From positions 32,001 to 96,000 of the forward strand of contig CAWHMU010000045.1 in assembly GCA_963830365.1 (NCBI GenBank): 64,000 nt of DNA, in the 5' to 3' direction. The position numbers and the translations under genes are program-made. Shown here piece after piece: positions 41,430 to 51,663 of this stretch. Origin of the DNA: an uncultured Chlamydiae bacterium. Its GTDB lineage: Bacteria; Chlamydiota; Chlamydiia; Chlamydiales; Parachlamydiaceae. The notes beneath the pieces were generated by a model. It saw only the letters and a program-made list of their open reading frames with translations. It was not told where the DNA came from and ran no database searches. Within the stretch, counting starts at the first letter, position 1. Every line of letters begins with the position of its first letter.

Positions 41430-42998
41430 TTGGAAACTTTTCTGTTTTTTGGTATATTTTTGCATATGAAAACAGCGGAAATATCACTAGAACAGCCCTT
41501 GCAAGAAGTCGAAATCTTAAAGAAAGAAATCGCCTTTCTAAACGAGCAAATTGCTTGGTTTAAGCGACAACTGTTCGGTCAAAAATCCGAGAAACTGGTC
41601 GATGCGCAAAACTCTGAACAACTCTCCTTCGAGGGTTTGGAAGAACCTTCCTCCGCTGAAGAAAAAAAACGGCTCGTCCCCGCTCATCATCGTTCCATTA
41701 ACAAGACCAAAGGCAAGGACAAAATCGTTCTGCCGGAAGATCTGCCTATAGAAAAGCAGATTCTCGACTTGCCAGAATCTGAAAAGATTTGCCCTGAAAC
41801 TGGTAAACCTTTAGTGAAGATTGGCGAAGAAATTACATCCAAGCTGGCTCACAAACCGGGCAGCTATTACATCAAACAAATCGTCAGATCTAAGTATGGC
41901 CTTCCTGAAGGCGAAGGCGTTGTGACTCCTGAATTGCCTGCAAGTCTTTTAGATCGCTGTCTTGCTGACGACAGCCTACTTGCCGACATTGCAGTCAAAA
42001 AATTCGCAGACCATCTTCCCATCTATCGTCAAGCTGAAATCATGTCCCGTCAGGGCATTTTTATTAGCAGACAAGTTCTTTGTCAGTGGGTGACCCGTGC
42101 CGGAAAGGCCTTAAAACCTCTCTATAACGAGATGTTGGATAGAGTGTTAAGAAGTGGTAACGTTTTCTATGATGAGACTCCTATTGCTATGCTAGAGCCC
42201 GGTAGAGGAAAGACCCGTCAAGCTTACATGTGGGTCTTAGTAGGGGGAAACTCGGCAGCGCCTTCCTATCGAATCTATGATTTTTGCAATAGTCGAGCTC
42301 ATGATAATGCTGTAAGGCTATTAAATGGCTATGACAAAGTGCTTCATTCCGACAAATATGGAGCTTATGAAGCATTGGCCAACAAGAAGCAATTCACCTG
42401 GTGTCCATGCTGGGCGCACATCAGGAGGAAATTTATCGAAGCAGAAGTGGGCGATCTTAAGTTTCGAAACTGGGTTTTGATGAAGATTAGGCATCTTTTC
42501 ATGCTTGAAAGAGTCGCATGGGCGCGATCGGAAAAGGAGCGGCTTCAAATTCGTCAAGAAAAAGCAGTTCCCATAATCGATGCTCTTATTGCGGCGATCA
42601 AAGGCAAGTTAGTTGACGGAAATATTCTACCCAAATCCAAATTTAAAACAGCACTAGGGTATTTCTGCGGTTTGATTCCCTACTTGAAGAATTACACTCT
42701 GCATGCATTTGCCAGAATGGATAATAACGTGGCTGAGCGCGCTGTGCGCCCCCTCGCAATTGGTCGCAAAAACTGGCTTTTTGTGGGCAATGAGGACGGC
42801 GGCGAATCTGCGGCAGTGTTCTACTCTCTGATTCAGACCTGCCGTGCGCTCAAAATTAATCCGAGAGACTATCTTGAATATGTGATGATGCGGTTGAACG
42901 GTCATCCTGCTTCAAAGCTTCACGAGCTCTTACCGGATAACTGGGCAGAAGCGCGCGCTTCGTTCGCTCAAATCGCCAAAGAGCCAGCCTTCCAATAA
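41430..42998 (+). CDS. tnpC: IS66 TnpC DDE transposase
   Basis: LFGQKSEK, KFADHLPIYRQ, DETP, SDKYGAY, CWAHIRRKF, DNNVAERAVR...GRKNWLF. Real start is probably the ATG at 41466. Confidence 0.95.
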   Translation: METFLFFGIFLHMKTAEISLEQPLQEVEILKKEIAFLNEQIAWFKRQLFGQKSEKLVDAQNSEQLSFEGLEEPSSAEEKKRLVPAHHRSINKTKGKDKIVLPEDLPIEKQILDLPESEKICPETGKPLVKIGEEITSKLAHKPGSYYIKQIVRSKYGLPEGEGVVTPELPASLLDRCLADDSLLADIAVKKFADHLPIYRQAEIMSRQGIFISRQVLCQWVTRAGKALKPLYNEMLDRVLRSGNVFYDETPIAMLEPGRGKTRQAYMWVLVGGNSAAPSYRIYDFCNSRAHDNAVRLLNGYDKVLHSDKYGAYEALANKKQFTWCPCWAHIRRKFIEAEVGDLKFRNWVLMKIRHLFMLERVAWARSEKERLQIRQEKAVPIIDALIAAIKGKLVDGNILPKSKFKTALGYFCGLIPYLKNYTLHAFARMDNNVAERAVRPLAIGRKNWLFVGNEDGGESAAVFYSLIQTCRALKINPRDYLEYVMMRLNGHPASKLHELLPDNWAEARASFAQIAKEPAFQ

Positions 42999-43182
42999 TT
43001 ATCACTTCAGGCTACATGGCCTTAATTGACGCTTACAGTGTTTTCAGGATAATCGTAATGCATTCCACATCATTAATTGACGGGGTGGGGGTAATGACAG
43101 CTACCGACTACAGGAAGTAGCTGGTAGCGGTCACTACCCCCACCCCGTGAATGGATACAAAAATTGTCTATTGGCTATTTAC

Positions 43183-43218
43183 AAGAAAGCCTTAAGATAA
43201 ATATTTTAAGGCTTTCTT
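43183..43218 (-). terminator. Hairpin downstream of the original multicopper oxidase stop
   Basis: AAGAAAGCCTTAA ... TTAAGGCTTTCTT stem, ~50 bp past the TGA at 43271. Confidence 0.5.
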
Positions 43219-43270
43219 TAGGATTAATGATGACTATGAGCAGTTGAACAAGATTCAGAAGATTGCTTGT

Positions 43271-43411
43271 TCATTTAGTTTTCCCTTGGTGTTGTTGCAT
43301 TTGATTCTCATTCATGTTGGGCATAGCCATATCAGGAGACTTTCCCTGCATATTCGGTCTCATATTTATCTTCTGCCCATTATGCATATGTCCACCCATA
43401 CTATCTTCTGG
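43271..43411 (-). pseudogene. Detached 3' end of the multicopper oxidase gene
   Basis: PEDSMGGHMHNGQKINMRPNMQGKSPDMAMPNMNENQMQQHQGKTK* continues the oxidase frame (..QSKPE) across the TCTTCTGG target duplication. Confidence 0.9.
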
Positions 43412-43490
43412 GTAAGCGTCAATTTTAGCCATCTTTTTACAATTCAACCAAACTGGTAATCTTCCCTTAGATTTCATTTTAAGGAGAGAT

Positions 43491-43814
43491 ATGACCAAAG
43501 GAAAACCGAATCCCAACTGGAAAAAATTAGTCCACGAATGGAGAGACAGCGGAAAAAGCGCGTGCGTTTGGTGCCAAGAACAACAAATTCCCATGAACAC
43601 TCTGTCCGGCTGGAAAAAGCGTCTTAAACGATTGGAAGGCGATAGCGATGGCAAAGGATTCCAAAAGCCTTTTGTTGAGTTGAAGAATTTACGCCCCCTT
43701 GTAGATTCTGGAGTTCTCCTAGAGATTGATGGAGTGAGTATTCGCTTGCAAGTTGATTTTGATGAGACGGTTTTTAGACAATGTTTGGATTGCTTGAGAG
43801 GAGGTAGATCATGA
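43491..43814 (+). CDS. tnpA: IS66 TnpA accessory protein
   Basis: Identical protein to 40752-41075. Confidence 0.85.
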   Translation: MTKGKPNPNWKKLVHEWRDSGKSACVWCQEQQIPMNTLSGWKKRLKRLEGDSDGKGFQKPFVELKNLRPLVDSGVLLEIDGVSIRLQVDFDETVFRQCLDCLRGGRS

Positions 43815-44143
43815 TAGCCCTCTCAGGTAGCGCCCGTATCTTCTTTTTCAAACAGCCGATCGATATGAGAAAAGGCATAGAAAAATTGTCTCAGCTTGTC
43901 GAATCCTGCTGCTCCGGAGAGTTGATGAGCGGTGCTTATTTTGTTTTCGTCAATCAGACGAAGGATAGGATGAAGGTCTTGTACTGGGATAACGATGGGT
44001 TCGCTATTTGGTGGAAACGCCTTGAAAAAGGAAGCTTCCATCTTCTTGGAATCGATAGATTTCTCATCGATCGCAAGGAATTTTTCATGCTCTTGGAAGG
44101 GATCACTCCAAAGAAAATCCAAAGCCGTTTTAGCGTGCGCTAA
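43811..44143 (+). CDS. tnpB: IS66 TnpB accessory protein
   Basis: Identical protein to 41072-41404. Confidence 0.92.
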   Translation: MIALSGSARIFFFKQPIDMRKGIEKLSQLVESCCSGELMSGAYFVFVNQTKDRMKVLYWDNDGFAIWWKRLEKGSFHLLGIDRFLIDRKEFFMLLEGITPKKIQSRFSVR

Positions 44144-44168
44144 AACAGCGTTTTCCTGATTTTTTTTC

Positions 44169-45737
44169 TTGGAAACTTTTCTGTTTTTTGGTATATTTTT
44201 GCATATGAAAACAGCGGAAATATCACTAGAACAGCCCTTGCAAGAAGTCGAAATCTTAAAGAAAGAAATCGCCTTTCTAAACGAGCAAATTGCTTGGTTT
44301 AAGCGACAACTGTTCGGTCAAAAATCCGAGAAACTGGTCGATGCGCAAAACTCTGAACAACTCTCCTTCGAGGGTTTGGAAGAACCTTCCTCCGCTGAAG
44401 AAAAAAAACGGCTCGTCCCCGCTCATCATCGTTCCATTAACAAGACCAAAGGCAAGGACAAAATCGTTCTGCCGGAAGATCTGCCTATAGAAAAGCAGAT
44501 TCTCGACTTGCCAGAATCTGAAAAGATTTGCCCTGAAACTGGTAAACCTTTAGTGAAGATTGGCGAAGAAATTACATCCAAGCTGGCTCACAAACCGGGC
44601 AGCTATTACATCAAACAAATCGTCAGATCTAAGTATGGCCTTCCTGAAGGCGAAGGCGTTGTGACTCCTGAATTGCCTGCAAGTCTTTTAGATCGCTGTC
44701 TTGCTGACGACAGCCTACTTGCCGACATTGCAGTCAAAAAATTCGCAGACCATCTTCCCATCTATCGTCAAGCTGAAATCATGTCCCGTCAGGGCATTTT
44801 TATTAGCAGACAAGTTCTTTGTCAGTGGGTGACCCGTGCCGGAAAGGCCTTAAAACCTCTCTATAACGAGATGTTGGATAGAGTGTTAAGAAGTGGTAAC
44901 GTTTTCTATGATGAGACTCCTATTGCTATGCTAGAGCCCGGTAGAGGAAAGACCCGTCAAGCTTACATGTGGGTCTTAGTAGGGGGAAACTCGGCAGCGC
45001 CTTCCTATCGAATCTATGATTTTTGCAATAGTCGAGCTCATGATAATGCTGTAAGGCTATTAAATGGCTATGACAAAGTGCTTCATTCCGACAAATATGG
45101 AGCTTATGAAGCATTGGCCAACAAGAAGCAATTCACCTGGTGTCCATGCTGGGCGCACATCAGGAGGAAATTTATCGAAGCAGAAGTGGGCGATCTTAAG
45201 TTTCGAAACTGGGTTTTGATGAAGATTAGGCATCTTTTCATGCTTGAAAGAGTCGCATGGGCGCGATCGGAAAAGGAGCGGCTTCAAATTCGTCAAGAAA
45301 AAGCAGTTCCCATAATCGATGCTCTTATTGCGGCGATCAAAGGCAAGTTAGTTGACGGAAATATTCTACCCAAATCCAAATTTAAAACAGCACTAGGGTA
45401 TTTCTGCGGTTTGATTCCCTACTTGAAGAATTACACTCTGCATGCATTTGCCAGAATGGATAATAACGTGGCTGAGCGCGCTGTGCGCCCCCTCGCAATT
45501 GGTCGCAAAAACTGGCTTTTTGTGGGCAATGAGGACGGCGGCGAATCTGCGGCAGTGTTCTACTCTCTGATTCAGACCTGCCGTGCGCTCAAAATTAATC
45601 CGAGAGACTATCTTGAATATGTGATGATGCGGTTGAACGGTCATCCTGCTTCAAAGCTTCACGAGCTCTTACCGGATAACTGGGCAGAAGCGCGCGCTTC
45701 GTTCGCTCAAATCGCCAAAGAGCCAGCCTTCCAATAA
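44169..45737 (+). CDS. tnpC: IS66 TnpC DDE transposase
   Basis: Identical protein to 41430-42998. Confidence 0.95.
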   Translation: METFLFFGIFLHMKTAEISLEQPLQEVEILKKEIAFLNEQIAWFKRQLFGQKSEKLVDAQNSEQLSFEGLEEPSSAEEKKRLVPAHHRSINKTKGKDKIVLPEDLPIEKQILDLPESEKICPETGKPLVKIGEEITSKLAHKPGSYYIKQIVRSKYGLPEGEGVVTPELPASLLDRCLADDSLLADIAVKKFADHLPIYRQAEIMSRQGIFISRQVLCQWVTRAGKALKPLYNEMLDRVLRSGNVFYDETPIAMLEPGRGKTRQAYMWVLVGGNSAAPSYRIYDFCNSRAHDNAVRLLNGYDKVLHSDKYGAYEALANKKQFTWCPCWAHIRRKFIEAEVGDLKFRNWVLMKIRHLFMLERVAWARSEKERLQIRQEKAVPIIDALIAAIKGKLVDGNILPKSKFKTALGYFCGLIPYLKNYTLHAFARMDNNVAERAVRPLAIGRKNWLFVGNEDGGESAAVFYSLIQTCRALKINPRDYLEYVMMRLNGHPASKLHELLPDNWAEARASFAQIAKEPAFQ

Positions 45738-45771
45738 TTATCACTTCAGGCTACATGGCCTTAATTGACGC

Positions 45772-47505
45772 TTACTCTTCTGGTTTACTCTGCATCCAAT
45801 TGGTATTCTTTTGACCATGAGGTTCTTTTTGATCTTCTTCTTGACTAAACCAGCTGACCGTATTCGCATTATGAGGTAAATTTTGCATTTGCCCCCCCCT
45901 CATATTTTGCATATTAGGAGTCATCGATCCCATATTAGGCTCCATTCCACGAGGATTCATTGTATGCATGTTATGATCGTGCTGTTTCATCGGGTGCATA
46001 TTTTTTACATTGTCAACAGATTCAGCGACGGTTCCAGGAGGATGCTGGTACCAGCCCGGATCGGCATAACTGGTTAAATTATCCCTTACTTTGAAAATAG
46101 TGAACATGCCACCCATTTCAATTACTCCAAAGGGTCCAGGACTACCAATAGGTGATAGATTTGACGGGTATTTCATTTTGAGTCCCATATCCATCATCTC
46201 ATTAGATCCGTACATTTCAAACATATCTCCCATTCCATTGATATTCATTAAGCCCATAAAGCCTGGAAAAAATTGTTTAATTCGCTCTTCAATTCCTTGC
46301 TTGTTTATGCCTGTTAAATTTGGAAGATTATGCTGCATTTGATTCATTACATGATGCGATTTATGGCAATGAATGGCCCAATCTCCTGGATTATCGGCTA
46401 TGAGTTCAATATCCCTTGTTTCTCCAGGAGCAACAAGCACTGTAACTTCGCTATATTGTGCTGCAGGAGGAAGTCTTTTACCCCCTCTTCTTGTCACCAA
46501 AAATTCATGCCCGTGTAAATGAATTGGATGGGTGTTCATCATGACATTTCCAAAACGAATACGTACACGATCCCCTGTTTTCACGACTAATGACTCAATA
46601 CTTGGATATAGAACACTGTTGAAAGTAAAGATATTAAAATCGAGCATTTCAGATGGAATAGGAGTTTCAGCACCCATGGGAACACGCCATTCGTGTAAAA
46701 AGATAGCAAAGTCACGATCAATTTTTGGATCATCCCCATCTCGTGGATGGATGATGAAAAAACCCTCCATGCCAAGTGCTATTTGAAACATTTCATCTGA
46801 ATGAGGGTGGTACATAAATGTACCATTCTGCTTTAGAGTAAATTCATATTTGAAGGTTTCTCCTGGTGGGATGGCTTTTTGATTCAAGCCTGCTACTCCA
46901 TCCATGCCATTGGGTAAAATAATTCCATGCCAGTGAACGGATGTAGGTTCGTTAAGTTTATTCGTTACAAGAATTCTGACTCGATCTCCTTCAATAGCTT
47001 CAATCGTTGGGCCTGGACTTGATCCATTATAACCCCAACAATTAACCCAAAAACCTGGCGCAAACTCCCTTCGGATTGGCTCAGCGATAAGATGAAAGAC
47101 CTTTACATCACCATCCATTGTCCAAGGAAGAGAACCTACATTAGGAGTGATAACAGAAGGATATCTTAATGTACCTTTATCTGATTGATCTTCATTTTTA
47201 ACGCCCGCCTGACTTTTTTGTGTATCTTGCTTATTTTTTTCTATTTGATTTTTCTGCATCATTTGCTCATGATCTTGCATAAGCATTTTCTGCATTGAAG
47301 AGTCCATAGGCATATCCATTTGGTCATTCATATGCATATTTTGATTTTGCATCTTAGAATGGTCCATTCCTTGCATTGGTTCCATGACTGGCTGATTAGA
47401 TTTGTCCATCTTAGAATTAGGCGAATTAATATTATGATCCATCTGCCCATAGAGAGAGGAAATGAAAAGGAAGCCTAAGATAGTTAATTTAGAGTAGTTT
47501 TTCAT
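45772..47505 (-). CDS. Secreted two-domain multicopper oxidase with Met/His-rich extensions; C-terminus clipped by IS66
   Basis: Signal peptide, Met-rich N-region, SVHWHG, MYHPH, HPIHLHGH, HCHKSHHVM; the stop codon is supplied by the IS66 end. Confidence 0.9.
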   Translation of the reverse strand: MKNYSKLTILGFLFISSLYGQMDHNINSPNSKMDKSNQPVMEPMQGMDHSKMQNQNMHMNDQMDMPMDSSMQKMLMQDHEQMMQKNQIEKNKQDTQKSQAGVKNEDQSDKGTLRYPSVITPNVGSLPWTMDGDVKVFHLIAEPIRREFAPGFWVNCWGYNGSSPGPTIEAIEGDRVRILVTNKLNEPTSVHWHGIILPNGMDGVAGLNQKAIPPGETFKYEFTLKQNGTFMYHPHSDEMFQIALGMEGFFIIHPRDGDDPKIDRDFAIFLHEWRVPMGAETPIPSEMLDFNIFTFNSVLYPSIESLVVKTGDRVRIRFGNVMMNTHPIHLHGHEFLVTRRGGKRLPPAAQYSEVTVLVAPGETRDIELIADNPGDWAIHCHKSHHVMNQMQHNLPNLTGINKQGIEERIKQFFPGFMGLMNINGMGDMFEMYGSNEMMDMGLKMKYPSNLSPIGSPGPFGVIEMGGMFTIFKVRDNLTSYADPGWYQHPPGTVAESVDNVKNMHPMKQHDHNMHTMNPRGMEPNMGSMTPNMQNMRGGQMQNLPHNANTVSWFSQEEDQKEPHGQKNTNWMQSKPEE

Positions 47506-48917
47506 TCTGAGACTCCTTCACAAGGACATTCATAGGTATTATTTCCATAATCTAACTGGGAGAAAACTAGGTACAGTTTACCTCCTAAAGCTCGATCAAG
47601 TTGAACTCTTGACATCCAATAATTACGCAGGGACATAATATAATTACTGTAAGTTTTAAGTTCCTGTCGTTTGTTTTCTATAAGACGGTCAATCCCAAGC
47701 CCCATCACATTATAAAGCGCCTCTGAGTACTCTAAGATTTCACTCTGTAAAGGAATAATATGAGCTCGATAATCATTAATGATTCCTAAATTGTTCATTA
47801 GAAGCTTATGAGCTTCTCTTACTTCAGAAAGGATTTTAATTTCTAAAACAGCTAAGTGATCTTGGGCTTGTCGTAATTGTGCATGAATGCGCATACGATC
47901 AGCTTGTCCATAATTGAAGATTGGAATTTCGCCAGAGAATGCAGGACCGATTACGTTAGTTCCATCTGGATCTCTTTCTCCCCCAATACCAATGCTCCCT
48001 TGGGTGTAAACCCACCATTGTTTGATTCCTAACATGCGACTTAAGCGTAAGACATCAAGACGAGCGGCTTGTAGATCCAGCCTTTCTCTAAAGGCTACAG
48101 ATTCTAAACATTCGGTCGGTAGACCTTGATAATCGATCTCAGGTAAATTGGCTGCAATTTTCCATTGGATATCTCCGCAAAAACCAAGCAATCTAGTCAA
48201 TTTTTCTCTTAAGCGAATGATGTCATTTTGAATTCGTGCAATTTCCAGTTTAGCTTCTAAGTATCTAGATTGAATTTGCTGAAAGTCTAATTTGTTAACA
48301 TTGCCTACAGTCCGTTGCCTAGAGACAAGCTGGCTATGAATACTGGTTAGCTCGACAACAGATTGGATGTATATGATATCTTGCTGAGCAGCTTGTAGTT
48401 CATAGAAAGTCTGTTCTATTTCAAAAGCTAAATCTAGGATTTCATTAGTGACTCTCAGTGTTGTTTGCTCAAGCTCTGCTTTAGCAACCTTTACCCGGAG
48501 AGGAATAAGCAAAAGATCAATGAAACTTGAGGTGATCGTATATTCAATATTTGTTACCAAATCTTTTTTTTCTGGAAATCGAAAAATAAGATCAAAAGCT
48601 GGATTTGAGAAAAGTCCGGCTTCGACTAAATCAGCTTGTGCGATACCAATCTCTTCAAAAATTTCTTGGATTTTAGGGTTGTTTAGAAGAGCAATTTGAA
48701 CAGTTGCATCAGCAGTTAGTTCTTGCTGAAGAAGCATTTGAATTGCATTAGAAATGCGTTCATCTTCGTAACATCCTTGATTCCAATAGGTTTCCTTAGC
48801 GATTCTGCTATTGACAATCGATGAGACGCCATTATCATTCTCTTGCGGTACTCTTGTGCACCCAAAACAGAGAAGACAGAGGATGCTACATACACCAATG
48901 TTGCAAAAAACTAACAT
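47502..48917 (-). CDS. TolC-family outer membrane efflux lipoprotein (copper-resistance associated)
   Basis: Lipobox-like LLCFGC; VQIALLNNP, GIAQADLVEAGL.SNP, IPIFNYGQ, LDRALGG; overlaps the oxidase start (ATGA). Confidence 0.85.
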   Translation of the reverse strand: MLVFCNIGVCSILCLLCFGCTRVPQENDNGVSSIVNSRIAKETYWNQGCYEDERISNAIQMLLQQELTADATVQIALLNNPKIQEIFEEIGIAQADLVEAGLFSNPAFDLIFRFPEKKDLVTNIEYTITSSFIDLLLIPLRVKVAKAELEQTTLRVTNEILDLAFEIEQTFYELQAAQQDIIYIQSVVELTSIHSQLVSRQRTVGNVNKLDFQQIQSRYLEAKLEIARIQNDIIRLREKLTRLLGFCGDIQWKIAANLPEIDYQGLPTECLESVAFRERLDLQAARLDVLRLSRMLGIKQWWVYTQGSIGIGGERDPDGTNVIGPAFSGEIPIFNYGQADRMRIHAQLRQAQDHLAVLEIKILSEVREAHKLLMNNLGIINDYRAHIIPLQSEILEYSEALYNVMGLGIDRLIENKRQELKTYSNYIMSLRNYWMSRVQLDRALGGKLYLVFSQLDYGNNTYECPCEGVSE

Positions 48918-48938
48918 TTGTAATCCCGAGTTAAATTT

Positions 48939-49294
48939 TTATTTCTTGCTTTTGGCTCTTTTGATTTTCCAGCTGACCATATTCATATCATGAGGAGATT
49001 TTTGCATAGTCATTCCATTCATATTGTGTTGCATAACGTTCATATTAACAGCTTCCGCAACTGTTCCAGGAGGATGCTGGTACCAACCTGGATCGGCATA
49101 GCTGGTTAAATTATCCCTTACTTTGAAAACGGTAAACATGCCACCCATTTCAATTACCCCAAAAGGGCCAGGCCCTACAGATAGGTAGCTTGCAGCTCTC
49201 CATTAAGCATTGATTCTCTTTACCTCTTCCTGACTAAGAGTTTTTTAAGTTCTTCCTGATGCAAAGTCGATTCTATAGTTGCAAACTGTTCCAT
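48939..49294 (-). pseudogene. Chimeric pseudogene: phosphoketolase N-terminus fused in frame to a multicopper oxidase C-terminus
   Basis: Minus strand reads MEQFATIESTLHQEELK, then after a frameshift TLSQEEVKRINA*WRAASYLSVG|PGPFGVIEMGGMFTVFKVRDNLTSYADPGWYQHPPGTVAEAV... Compare xfp [15 protein letters not shown] and oxidase PGPFGVIEMGGMFTIFKVRD. Confidence 0.85.
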
Positions 49295-49346
49295 AATGCC
49301 TTATTTCCTATTTACTTTTTGTAACTGTGGTTTTTTAAATAAAAAA

Positions 49347-50723
49347 GGTTCATCCGACAAATGCGTACCTCGACTCATGTAGGTGATAAAGTCGCAGTTT
49401 AAAATACTCGATATCTCGGAAGCCATATGCTTGTCTTTTCATCGTTTTAATCTTGTTATTGATGCCTTCCGCACTGGCGTTTGATATGCGGTGCTTGAAG
49501 TAATTCAAAAGCCCCGTCTTGTAATAGTTCAATGTTTTAACCACTCTCTTTAACGGCTTCAACCCTGTTGCCAAAGCATCGATGCCCCACTTGATCAAAA
49601 AATTTTCCGCCTCTTTAACAGAATCTTTTTCCCAAAAAAGTTGGAATTTTTCTTTTAAGGAATATGCTAAATACAAAGGCTCATTTACGGACAACAAAGT
49701 ATTCAGGCGCGTTTGGTTTTCCAGATCCAAATTGTCATAATTCGCCAAAAACAGAAACCGACTTCCTTTTAGTACTTTTGCATCACCTCACTCTAAATTT
49801 TGCTGTTGATCTTTTCTAACCTCATCTAGAGCCTTGTTCAATAAAGCAGTCACATGAAAATGATCGAATACCACATCTATGTTCGGCAAAAATTCTTGCG
49901 CTGCCGGGTAGTACGATTTACTCATGTCCATAGCGATTGCTTTCAGTTTGGTGCGTGCTTCGCCAGCTTCTTCAAAAACGGGCTACAGTCTCTACGGTTC
50001 TACCCTTCACAGCGTGAATGATTCTTCCCGACCGTAGATCGGTAAAAACGGTCATATATTCATGCCCTTTTCGTATGCTGAATTCATCAACAGTAATGTA
50101 TTCCAAATCTTCCAATGGGATTGTTTTATAGAGTGCTGTCAATTTCTCTTTATGAACTCTTTTGACGACATTCCAACTGATTTTTAAGAATCATGAAACA
50201 TCCAGAAGGGTACTGAAATGTAAAAGGTCCAACACGTGGGTTATCATTGAGCGCACCATTCGGAATTTACCTTTCATAAAGGGCAATTGAGGCCACCACT
50301 TGTTGGTACATTGAGGGCATTCTATTCGGTGTAATAGTACGTTCAAAAAGCAGGGTTTGCCACCAAGTGGTACCATTTTGAACAGCCGCCGTTTTTGTCC
50401 TTTGAAGATCGTACGTAGACATCCACATTTGCATTGAGGTGGGTCAATCATTTCAGCATAGATCGTAACAGTCCCCACCTCAAATTTTGTAGATTGGTAT
50501 TGAACTCCTCTGATTCCATATGCATGATACAAAAGAGAAGTAGACATAGAAGAAACCTCCTGTAAAAGGGTGTTTTCAAGCTTCTTTTATATCTCTGCTT
50601 CTTTTATTTCTATCCCACTTTCAAGATTTCCTATAGTTCACAACATGCTGATAATTAAGACTCGGAAAAATCTGAAGACTTAATGCTTTTACCTGCTAAA
50701 GGTCCTCATTTGTCGGATGAACC
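49347..50723 (-). mobile_element. ISL3-family element with frameshifted (inactive) transposase
   Basis: 17-bp IR GGTTCATCCGACAAATG at both ends. Fragments: MSTSLLYHAYG..CxC..CPQC (zinc finger), VDEFSIRKGHEYMTVFTDL, AIAMDM, VFDHFHV, SNASAEGINNKIKTMKRQAYGFRDIEYF. No DR seen. Confidence 0.9.
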
Positions 50724-50883
50724 ACATTTTTTAATGTTTAAAGTAATTTTCTTTGATAAGCAAACATTTATTTGATAACCCTTAAGCTAATGGCTGTTAG
50801 GAACATTACCCCAGACAAGACAGCCATTTTTTTAATATACTTCATTTTTTATTTATTCTATATGAGATTAAAGGAGCAATTGC

Positions 50884-51663
50884 ATGAGCAATAATTCATC
50901 ACAGCGGATCCCTGTGATCGCAGCTAATTGGAAAATGCACAAGACCATTGAGGAAGCAGTGAGTTTTGTGCAGGCCTTGATCCCTTTAGTCCAGCATGCT
51001 CAAGCTAAAATCTATATTGCTGTTCCCTATACAGCACTTGCGTTTGCCGCTGATGCAGCCAAGGACTCTCCTATTGTGATAGGAGCAGAAAACATGAGTG
51101 ATGAAACAGAAGGCGCTTTCACCGGAGAAATTTCGGCCAGAATGTTGGAAAATGCAGGCGCAAAATTTGTTATCTTAGGCCATTCAGAAAGGCGCCACAT
51201 TTTTAACGAGACTAATGCTTTCATCCACCGCAAAGTCAAAAAAGCCATTTCTGAAAACATACAGATTATCTTCTGCCTCGGTGAAACAGGACAAGAGCGC
51301 AAAGCTAAAAAAACTGAAGAAGTACTCAATCAGCAATTGGAGGAATCCCTAGGTGATATTGCAGCCGAACAGATGGCTGCGATCATTCTAGCTTATGAAC
51401 CTGTCTGGGCCATTGGGTCGGGTCATTCAGCTCTTCCTGAAGAAGTTCAAGCGATACACCATTTTTGCCGTCAATGGGTGAAGAAAAAGTGGGGAGAAGA
51501 AACTGCTCGAAAAGTGATTATCCAGTATGGAGGTTCGGTGCATCCCAATGATGCAAAGGATTTTATGGAACTTGCCGATGTGGATGGTGTACTGGTAGGA
51601 GGCGCTTCACTCATAGTCGACTCGTTTAATAAAATCATTCATTATGCAAGTGTGGGAGACTAA
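50884..51663 (+). CDS. tpiA: Triosephosphate isomerase
   Basis: AANWKMH, GAFTGEIS, ILGHSERR, AYEPVWAIG, QYGGSV, LVGGASL. Confidence 0.97.
   Translation: MSNNSSQRIPVIAANWKMHKTIEEAVSFVQALIPLVQHAQAKIYIAVPYTALAFAADAAKDSPIVIGAENMSDETEGAFTGEISARMLENAGAKFVILGHSERRHIFNETNAFIHRKVKKAISENIQIIFCLGETGQERKAKKTEEVLNQQLEESLGDIAAEQMAAIILAYEPVWAIGSGHSALPEEVQAIHHFCRQWVKKKWGEETARKVIIQYGGSVHPNDAKDFMELADVDGVLVGGASLIVDSFNKIIHYASVGD

Larger units (their letters stand above)
40673..43036 (+). mobile_element. IS66-family element, copy 1 (2364 bp)
   Basis: Ends GTAAGCGTCAATT / AATTGACGCTTAC; 8-bp DR AGTGTTTT (40665-40672 and 43037-43044); tnpA-tnpB-tnpC. Confidence 0.96.
43412..45775 (+). mobile_element. IS66-family element, copy 2 (2364 bp, apparently identical to copy 1)
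   Basis: Same ends; 8-bp DR TCTTCTGG (43404-43411 and 45776-45783); identical translated ORFs. Confidence 0.96.

Noticed and set aside
43271..43654. 127-aa ORF with a Met-rich end
   Set aside because: Artificial join of IS66 antisense sequence with the detached oxidase tail; no evidence of expression.
40673..45775. Composite transposon or tandem duplication of IS66
   Set aside because: Each copy has its own distinct 8-bp DR and there is no shared outer DR.
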